From Hormiphora californensis (lineage: Eukaryota > Animalia > Ctenophora), in the NCBI GenBank assembly GCA_020137815.1, contig CM035350.1, positions 2,604,001-2,668,000 on the forward strand: 64,000 nucleotides of DNA, in the 5' to 3' direction. Made by a program: the position numbers and the translations under genes. Positions 54,801-64,000 of the stretch are shown in pieces. The notes beneath the pieces were generated by a model. It ran no database searches and was not told the origin of the DNA. It worked only from the letters and a program-made list of their open reading frames with translations. Numbering within the stretch: position 1 is the stretch's first letter; each line of letters starts with the position of its first letter.

Positions 54801-57512
54801 TAGCAATACTGCAGTCTGAAAAGGGCGAAAAAACGTGCTATCAAAAACTGTGCAAGTAATCATTTTATCAGAATTAATTGGAATTGAAATCAATTTTGGA
54901 ATCGATTCGGCCCATTATACCTCTGTAAACGTTTTCTTCCGTTGTTGAGGCATTTGGATAGATGGTAATGACTCGATCAACGAACACAGTATCTTGTACA
55001 CAGACAGTCCCCTCCTCTACATACGAGTACCCATCAGGAAACGCCACAGAGAAACTCCCCTCGGCCAGTTCTTGAACACACCGGTCTGTAGTTGAGGGTC
55101 TTCTAGACTTCTTGCACTGGGATATTGGAGAGTTAGGATTCTCATCTTGCTCCTTTACTAATAGCCAATCAGTTCCTTATATGGATCACACTTAGTTGCG
55201 TAGCAACACAGATGCCACATTTGTTACCTCGGTGATAGTAGTACACTGGTTTAGAGCTGTCGAAAAGGCGCATCTTGGATCTCTGGACCCTATACACTCC
55301 ACAGGATCACTGCCCCATGATCCACACCACTCAGTCGGTATGGATCTGAGTGTATCGTCCTGGACTAGTTCCAGGTTGGTTGTGGAGAGGGCCATGTCAC
55401 TTACATCACCCCATATCTCCACCTCTCCTATCAGGTCCAGTGAGGTGTCAGGGGTTCCCGTGTAGAGGTGGATCGAGCCATCTGTAGTGGGGATACATGG
55501 GTTTAGAGGTGGATCGAGCCATCTGTTGTAGGGATACATGGGTTTAGAGGTGGATCGAGCCATCTGTAGTGGGGATACATGGGTTTAGAGGTGGATCGAG
55601 CCATCTGTAGTGGGGATACATGAGTTTAGAGATGGATCGAGCCATCTGTAGTAGGGATACATGGGTTTAGAGGTGGATCGAGCCATCTGTAGTGGGGATA
55701 CATGGGTTTAGAGGTGGATCGAGCCATCTGTAGTAGGGATACATGGGTTTAGAGTTCAGAGGAGTTACTTACTTCTAGAGTGAGAGAGAGAGAATTGAAA
55801 ATGAATGGACTATTTGAGAGAGAGAATGGACTATAAGAAATTAGCTGGAAAGAAAAGAGCATGATGAGATTGGATCGCAAAAAAACAGCTGGTTCACGAC
55901 AGCTACACATGTCTGTGAGCAATCCAATCTAATCATTACACTCTTCCACACACAGCTCAGGTCTCTCTTCACTGCACTCAAACACACAACACAACATACC
56001 ACTGAGAAAGAAGGTGAGGTTCTCCGTGTAGGACACTACAAAGGAGTGGGTGGTTGGAGAGGGCAGTGACGTCACGATGACGTCAGAGGTTGCCTCGTTT
56101 ACACAGCTCTTTAAGATGTTGTAGGCTTGCTCCACACTGCAGTCCAGTGTTATCGTGTCATCCGTCTGTACAGGGAACAGTTAGGGCCGTTAGGTTTTTA
56201 CACCGTTCTAAGGGACCAGTTACAAAATTGAAACCTGGTATCAGTTTTCAGTGGTACAGGGAACATTTAGGGCCGGTAGATCCTTCAGAAAAATCCAAGG
56301 GTTGGTATAGGTTTTTACACCGTTTGAAACCTCATCGGTCATAAGCTAAATTATTGTGTTTTGTAGGAAAGGGAAGAGTTTCACCACTATTATTATACGA
56401 TATAATGCAATATGTGAACTAGATTGTGAAACCTACCTTTGATAGTTTACCATCGTAATCATAATACCAGTAGTAACTCCCATCAAACACATCTCCCATG
56501 CCATTCAGATCCATCTCACAGAGATACACGAGGGCTGACGTCACAGGGAGTGACGTCACTAGTAGATACAACTTGTCCCCTATCCTCTCAACCCCCAACA
56601 CCTGGTCCAGCTTGATATCAACTCCCCCAATAGTGATTGTGCAGTAGAGGTTGGCATAGGCTAGACTCCGGATACTGTTACTAGATGTGATGTCAGTCAC
56701 ACAGTATCGGGTGATCCGGGTGGTTTTGGAGGTGGTGGAGTAGAGGGTATAGATGAATGTGGATGTTGGGTAGATCCCCAGAACTTGCTCAATCCATAGC
56801 TCATCGATACTTTCCAGAGTCTTATATTTTCCTGAAGAGAGTTGTTGAGAACAAGAAGAGATTGAATGGAGTTTAGAATGTAGGGTCTCGTAGTCAAGTA
56901 CTTTTTGAATAATATGCATGCGCAAATGAATATTCAACCTTTTTAAACTTCCCCAAGTATGCGAAAAGAATGTTTCGAAAAACGAACAAACAATGTCTAA
57001 TTGTGTCCGCTCAGGGCTTTCCAGCAGAAGTGTTAAAAGAATCTTACCAGTGGCAGTATCATAGGTGCTGTACCCATCGTACCCATCCGTTGCTATGTAG
57101 TAGACCTCGTCTTGGTAGGTCCAATGGGCACTCTTGGTAGGGTCATGGAGACATTGATATGACATGGCAGGATCTGTCTCATTGGTAAACACTGAAACAT
57201 GTTGTTGAGTAAGGGGTGTAACACTGAAACATGCATTATACTGAATCGTAGGGCAGGGGAACCATTCATGTCCATCAAATAGACGTGTAGATGTAGATCA
57301 TTCCTAAAGAACTCTCTTTGTTTCAAATAACGCGAAATTAGGGAATCTACTCGAGCTGTAACTCTCTTACCATAAGTGTTGCCATGTAATGATGCTGAGT
57401 ATGGAACTGGTTTAGCTGAGTCAGTGTAACAATAGTGTAGGGTCTGGTTCACATCCATTAGCAACCCCGCTGCCTCCGTGCAATCATTCTCGCAACCTTG
57501 GTCTCCATACAG
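51843..57512 (-). CDS. Semaphorin-like type I membrane protein (divergent Sema, PSI, TM, short tail); 5' exons further right
   Basis: RITRYCVTD...RSLAYANLYC (~56640-56720) resembles Sema RVARVC..D/FLKARL.C. CGSWGSDPVECIGSRDPRCAFSTALNQC (~55240-55330) is PSI-like. TM LGLLAGLLIFAVAFLALLLF (~54695-54755) splices in phase 0 to a tail exon at 51843-52049. Confidence 0.7.
52462..53328. repeat. 21-bp minisatellite (CTGCCCAACATAGGGTGTATR)n, ~41 copies
   Basis: Directly visible; the MLGSIHP / YAAQHRV ORFs are by-products. Confidence 0.97.
54151..54247. repeat. Second block of the same 21-bp repeat, ~4.5 copies
   Basis: Same unit after an ~820-bp AT-rich interruption. Confidence 0.93.
54550..54657 (-). 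mobile_element. ~108-bp hAT-like MITE, copy 4, with perfect 8-bp TSD
   Basis: ATATTATT|CAGGAACCGACCGAA...TTCGGTCGGTTCCTG|ATATTATT (TSD at 54542-54549 and 54658-54665). Confidence 0.9.
55463..55754. repeat. 41-bp tandem repeat, ~7 copies, spanning an intron/exon junction
   Basis: GAGGTGGATCGAGCCATCTGTAGTGGGGATACATGGGTTTA at 55465, 55506, 55547 and onward to 55711. Confidence 0.95.
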
Positions 57513-57860
57513 CTAGGATAGAGAAAGAGAGTTAGATGATTGTTATATAGAAAGATGGTTTCATATGTTTTCCTGTCTGGCAGCCTTATCTGATAAATCA
57601 AGACTGAGCTTCTGAGCTGCTCTGTGTACAGCAGCTGAACTCAGGAAGTTTCTGCCTGGTTTATAATGTGTTTTATACCTGTTTCGTGGGTATTGAGCAT
57701 GATGTTGTGTTGTATTGGGCAATGAAGTTCTCTCCGGTAACGAGTTGATAGCCTGGGTACACTGACCGGATGGATTTGGGGAACTCTAGCTCACATTCAA
57801 CCACTCTGCAGGGGGGATACACTGATCAGTTACAAACCTAGGAGCCTGGTGCCATATAGG

Positions 57861-58550
57861 TATGAAACCCGATAGCCGATTTAACAGTCGTTTGGACATT
57901 TTGCGCGCTCATGATAACTGCTAGCTGGGAGATTTAACACCCTGCTCGCTGTTTAACAGTCCCGCTCTCTTTTTCACGCATTTCTCTTCATTTGAATAAC
58001 ATGCGTGTAAAATTCTAAGTATTGAAAATGTGTGTAAACACACAGTTCTGTCAACAAAAGAAAGGGGAAACATGTCTGCAACACGTTTCAATGTTATCTC
58101 TCTCATAAGGAGTGAAAAGAATCACATTCCATTCATTTCTCTCTCTCATTGTCTCTTTTACTGTTCACTACCTCTGACAGTGTGTATTGCCCCTAATCTT
58201 TCTCTCTCTTTCTCAAACATGTTAGGAACAGTAGACACTAAGTCTACACACATTTTCACGGTGTCTGTTGACTAATTGCCAGCAGTCCTAGTGTGTTTCA
58301 CCTTGTGTTGTGTCTCTTATTTGTGTGTAATTACTATCGGGTTTCATAAAATATGAACGTTTGTTAGCCTATCGCGTTATAGGTTTAAATCACCTCCCCC
58401 TCACCCTCGGCTGGCGCCTCGGGATCGGCGTCGGGATTTAAACCAGTTTAATCGCCCTGCCGGGCGATTAAACTCCAGTTGGCTGTCCCCAGCTCGCGCT
58501 GGGAACAGCCAACTTGATAACGCGCCAGTCTACAAACGTTCATACTTCAT
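57861..58550 (+). mobile_element. 690-bp structured element, copy 1 (possibly Crypton-like, non-autonomous)
   Basis: Starts TATGAAACCCGATAG, whose reverse complement is at 58334-58348. It ends in a multi-hairpin module containing CCTCGGCTGGCGCCTCGG. Family assignment is tentative. Confidence 0.55.
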
Positions 58551-58719
58551 GTGTTGCAGGCATTGATTGATAAACTGAATATCAGTGAGTGATAAGTTAA
58601 GTCGTATTGTTTTGTGCCAGTCTAGTAAATAAATGTAGAGGCTGTGTTCCTGGTACTGTTAACCACGTTTGAGTATTTTCTACCGCCCATCTTTGTTTCT
58701 TGTACCCCCGCCAATTCCT

Positions 58720-59409
58720 TATGAAACCCGATAGCTGATTTAACAGTCATTTGGACATTTTGCGCGCTCATGATAACTGCTAGCTGGGAGATTTAACACC
58801 CTGCTCGCTGTTTAACAGTCCCGCTCTCTTTTTCACGCATTTCTCTTCATTTGAATAACATGCGTGTAAAATTCTAAGTATTGAAAATGTGTGTAAACAC
58901 ACAGTTCTGTCAACAAAAGAAAGGGGAAACATGTCTGCAACACGTTTCAATGTTATCTCTCTCATAAGGAGTGAAAAGAATCACATTCCATTCATTTCTC
59001 TCTCTCATTGTCTCTTTTACTGTTCACTACCTCTGACAGTGTGTATTGCCCCTAATCTTTCTCTCTCTTTCTCAAACATGTTAGGAACAGTAGACACTAA
59101 GTCTACACACATTTTCAGGGTATCTGTTGACTATTTACCAGCAGTTCTAGTGTGTTTCACCTTGTGTTGTGTCTCTTATTTGTGTGTAATTACTATCGGG
59201 TTTCATAAAATATGAACGTTTGTTAGCCTATCGCGTTATAGGTTTAAATCACCTCCCCCTCACCCTCGGCTGGCGCCTCGGGATCGGCGTCGGGATTTAA
59301 ACCAGTTTAATCGCCCTGCCGGGCGATTAAACTCCAGTTGGCTGTCCCCAGCTCGCGCTGGGAACAGCCAACTTCATAACGCGCCAGTCTACAAACGTTC
59401 ATACTTCAT
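58720..59409 (+). mobile_element. 690-bp structured element, copy 2
   Basis: Near-identical direct repeat of 57861-58550 (offset 859 bp, a few substitutions). Confidence 0.55.
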
Positions 59410-59665
59410 TTGTCTCGCCTCTATATCTTGTCTTCACCCTAACGATTCTTCTTCTAGAGAATCCTGTAACTTAGATTGAGCAGCCAACTAACTCAGGAGT
59501 ATCTCTTGAGAGGAGTCGGGTAGGGGAATGCTCTCTTTTCGTCACTACTCTCTTTCTCTCTTTCTCTCCATGTACACATGCTGTTGACAGGACGATCCAT
59601 AACTACATGCATACTCTTGTCAACCGCCCTTCATTCCTTCTATCTCTATCTCTCTATCTCTCTCT

Positions 59666-60316
59666 GGCTTCATGGATACTAAGAACATTCCGGACCAGAG
59701 AACCGGATCATATGCTCCAACTCTACAACTACAAGTCCTACGTGAGACCTCTTTTAGAGTATTGCTCACCACTATGGGATCCTCACCTCATTGGTGAAAT
59801 TGAAAGAGTTGAAGCCGTCCAGAGATCTTTCACGTCAAATATCAAAGGTTGTGAGGACCTGGACTACTGGGCTCGCCTTAAGACCTTGGGTCTTTGGTCG
59901 CTCCAAAGACGAAGAGAGAGGTTTAAAATCCTCACTATGTGGAAGATATGGAAGGGACTGTTACCTAACCACGGTGATATCAACTTCCGTATGTCCCTAA
60001 GGCGAGGACCCACTGCTGAACGACCGCTAGGGAAGGCCCGACTGAAAGGAGTGAATACACTCATATTCAACGGGTTCACGTCATCTTCCTTAGCACTGTT
60101 CAACGCTGTACCTGGGAACATCAAGGACAGGGAGACTGCCGCTGGAGTAAAGTCTGCCCTGGATGCCTACCTTTCTAACTTCCCAGACAGCCCACCAGTA
60201 AGAGGATACAGCTGTCCTAACAAGAACAGTATCCTGAGCTGGATCTCCGCAGGTCTGCCTCATTAAAGGTATACCTCTGGCGCCTAGCGCCTAACTTCTT
60301 TCCATAGGTTTCCATA

Positions 60317-60321
<5 letters not shown>
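59666..60321 (+). mobile_element. 5'-truncated LINE (CR1/L2 group): ORF2 C-terminus plus short 3' UTR
   Basis: YKSYVRPLLEYCSPLWDPH...ERVEAVQRSFT...DYWARLKTLGLWSLQRRRER is the typical post-RT region. Stop at 60266, then a (TTCCATAGGT)2 tail running into (CT)n. Confidence 0.9.
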
Positions 60322-60413
<92 letters not shown>

Positions 60414-63400
60414 GCTTCTCCATAGATTGCCTACGAAACAATGTCAAGGGCCTACAATTCACGCATTCACAGACTCAATGATAACCCACAAGAAGACAAC
60501 TACAGATTGCAGATACCCGATTGACAGCCGATACTTTTGGAGGACAGACTATAACTGCCTTGTTCAGATTATTCTCCCCCTCCAATCCTCCCATCTTGAA
60601 TTACTCACGTTTCAATGTAGAGAGTGGTGGGATCCAGGGAACAGGAGGCGGGAGAGCGCAAACAACAACCCAAACCCTAAATGGATACGCCTCCTAATCT
60701 AATTTTTCTAAAAAACATAGGTTGTTAAAAAAAACAAAATACCGATAGTTGGAGAAGAAAAGAACCAAAAAAATTTTTATTTCCTTACTTTTCTCTACCT
60801 CTCTCTCTCTTCTTTCTCCAAATTTACCCCAAAGAGAGCCAGGGGAAATTTCCCCGGGGGAGGGGGGAAGGAAAAACAGCCAAAAAAAGGTCAAGGGAAA
60901 AAAGGGAATTAAAAAAAAAAACAAGGGGAAAGGCAAAAAACTAAATTACAAAGGACGGAAAAAAGTGCGCAAAACAAGAAAGGGAGATAAAAAAAGAAGG
61001 GACAGGAAAATAGATATTGTAGGAGTAAGAAAAAGAAATATAGAAGGAAGAAGTGGAAAAATTAATTCTTTACGTTAGCCCTTGTCCACAAACTACCGAT
61101 TAAAAATTCGTTTAAACAAACCCCTCTTCTCAATTCTACTTCTTCTTTCCCTTTTTTCCCCTTCCTTCCTCCTGCCTTCTTAGTGTCTGAAAGATATTTC
61201 TTTGGTTTTTGGCGTGTGAAACCTAATTGTCAATTCTTTAATACAAAACAAAACAAAACACGTTAGCCCCAAATTTAAACCCCAATTTTCAAGGGCTTAG
61301 GTCAATCAATCCTTTCAAAATACAATCTTGTGGTACTTCAAAAGCAGTGACATCTGAAATAAATTTTGGTTTGGGGAGTCAGGAGAGAAAGAAAGGTATA
61401 GAAATAGAGGGCAAGGAGAGAAGTGGTTCAAAAACCCTTTAATTTGCTGTTACCTGTTCAGAACCTACAGTGTAGGTCCGACACAAGCTACACGACTAAA
61501 AAACAGTTTTCTATAAAAACAAAGGAACAATCAAATATCTCAAGTTACAGCTAGTGGTATCTAATTTCCCTGTGGTGGTAAACCATGCTGGAGCAAGTAC
61601 TGTAGAGTGTAGTGTCATGGGAACTGATCTATATACGTGTTGTCTGCAGTAGTAGTATATCAATATTGCTCAATGATAGATCGATACAAAGATAGCAAGT
61701 AGGAACAATTACAGGGGTGCAGTAGTAGCAGATATAGATCCATCGTGATTCTCTCAGCAGTTTCTCTCAGCGCATTCTAAATCTTTCTCTTTCTCTACCT
61801 ACATCATGAATGCAGATACTTCACAGCACGTCATTTCATGAAAATATACACGGTTATTATGCTCCGTCTCACTGTCTCAGATCTTATGCATGTGTCTATG
61901 ACGTACACATATGATATGACTAACATTATACGTTGAGTAATTTGGTGCACTGAATCATCAAGTCATTGTTTCCGACTAGGCGTGAGAACTCGGGTTTAGA
62001 ACACATTATAAGGTTGGAATAGTATAGCAAAAGTAGCCCAAAAGTTAACGATTTCTTTGACCTCTAGTCCTCTAATGATACCCTTATTAAATCCATCTTG
62101 AGACAAATCTAGAATGTAAACTCAGGATCATATGAATTATGAGGCTCGTCTATTGATACAATCCTCATGTGAGAGTATAATAAGGGCATAACAATGCAGA
62201 GATATTCATTTCATATCTTACTCTCAGTCTAGGCAGTATGAAATATGAAACGACAGTATTTTCATTGAAAAGGATGATCGTACTACGATTCGTAGCTATG
62301 GCACTGTATGAGAAGTGGAGAAGCGATTGATTCAATCAGAGATATCAAGATGCTACGGGACAGAGAGCGTGGGAGAGATAGAGAGAGAGAGATAGAGAGA
62401 AGATGGGAAGTTTAAGTAACGTGTTGTAGAAGAGCTATGTCCTGCAGGCCTCCACGGCAGATTTGATCAAAATCATCATCGACCAATGTAGATTGTACAC
62501 AGGAGAGAGGAGAGAGGAGAGAGATAGGGGGATATGGAGAAAAAATAAATTCCAAATAAGTAATTCATTATTTGTCACTCTGACGTAACTTCTGACATCA
62601 TTATTGTCGGGCCCAACCACCCCTAAAAATTTTGGTGCTACAAAATTTTTACATTTTTAGGGGGCCTTGTTTCCGCCCAGATTTTCCTTTTTTCTACCCA
62701 CTCCTCGTCTTGGAAACAACCCACTCATTATTTCTATTCTAATATTTTAAATAAAAATCATTTTTAAAAAAATTGATCCCGGGGGTTTTACAATTAACAT
62801 ATTTGGAACTGACACATGGGGGCCCGGGGGGGTGCGCCATTTTCCTATGTTACCAAGCACAATACCGTGTTTGGGGTTTTAGCCACAGTGTGGGGTGCAA
62901 GTCACCGGGCAAGGGGCCCTTGCTTGTCACACCCAATAGTCATTGCCACATGGGTCGAGAAATAGCCCCGTGCGACAAAAAAAAATTACATATTCCCCAT
63001 AGGAGGGATTGTGGAATCATGGGGGCAGGCCAAAGAGGGGTAAAATTTTTTTGCCAAAAATGCTGAAAACTTTGAATTTTTTTCCGGGCGGATTCAAGAG
63101 GGTCAGAATTATTCATTTTGCCCCAATTACAAAAGCACTACGACGAAAAAGGGGAAAAAATTAAAAAACCAAATAAAAAAGGGGCAATTTATGTAGGTAC
63201 GAGAGTCGAGAATGTAACAAATTTGGATGAAGAGTGGGCTGTGAAATGGATATATTTTAAAGGAGACACCCGGGAATGATTACTCAGACTACAGAAGGGT
63301 ATCCATAATTTCTAAACAAACAGTGTTCGGGGATTAGCAAAGGGGGACCCCCTTTGTGGCCGTCGGGGCGTTATGTATTTCCGTAACACGCATTGTCTTC

Positions 63401-64000
63401 CTAGATCGTAGAGAGAACAATGAACTTGTAACAATCATATTTATAATATTCAAGGATGTGCGTCACAAAGTTTAAGCTATAGCTCTGTAAGCCAATATCG
63501 TGAGTTACTCATCACACGAAACGAATGTCTAACGTCAATCTGATTCTAGAATTCAAAATCAGAAATTATATATGTAAGATCTGACAGGATAATTGAAGCT
63601 GGATACTTTCCAACAAGCCGCCGCATAACAAATCAAATTTAGACATTTTTACGGAATTCATGTGAATGCCTCATCAGGAGTGTACATTGTACAAATGGTA
63701 GTACAAATGCTCATATTATTATACTGAAACATGACAAAAAAGGAATAATGCATACATCTTGGCAGGCAGCTACAAGCTATTGTTGAACGGTGTATCGTCA
63801 AATTAGGAGCTTTCTCTCTCCCACCCTATAACAGTTACCTACCTACTACTAGTACTACAGAATACATTAGTTGTTATAATAGCAGCAGTAAAATTTAAAT
63901 TCCATGCTGCTTGTAGTGGGAATACGGTGTCTGAATAATACGGTGACAACGAGACTGAAATTTGAGAAAATTCTTGCATTTTCCGGTTCATTCCTGGGAA

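Noticed and set aside
55463-55754. CRISPR-like appearance of the 41-bp array (also the 21-, 163- and 310-bp arrays)
   Set aside because: Units are contiguous with no unique spacers, no cas genes are present and the context is eukaryotic.
57861-59409. LTR pair or TRIM retroelement
   Set aside because: No TG...CA ends, PBS, polypurine tract or TSD visible.

Overview
Eukaryotic, metazoan genomic DNA with short GT-AG introns, abundant (CT/AG)n tracts and one 100-N gap. The repeat content resembles a ctenophore such as Pleurobrachia; this is recollection and inference, not verified. All recognisable host genes are on the minus strand: an SLC13 carboxylate/sulfate transporter (runs off the left edge), a THEG-repeat protein, a compact DBF4, a DMRT gene with DM and DMA domains, an uncharacterised single-pass membrane gene, a frameshifted SVOP/SV2-like MFS transporter and a semaphorin-like gene (Sema, PSI, TM). 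The middle of the window (~25.9-42.2 kb) is a ~16 kb noisy palindrome. It holds two mirror copies of an autonomous Helitron (Rep + PIF1 helicase) and is hinged on what looks like a degraded PacBio SMRTbell adapter, so it is most likely an assembly artefact. The strongest real signals are: a head-to-tail trimer of non-autonomous Helitrons sharing the 5' end of that autonomous element; a duplicated 690-bp element ending in a four-way-junction fold; a 26-bp micro-palindrome with an 8-bp target duplication; a hAT-like MITE carrying CCAAT and E-box motifs; several foldback elements; and repeated tandem amplification of 3' splice sites. Exon boundaries were read by eye and are approximate.
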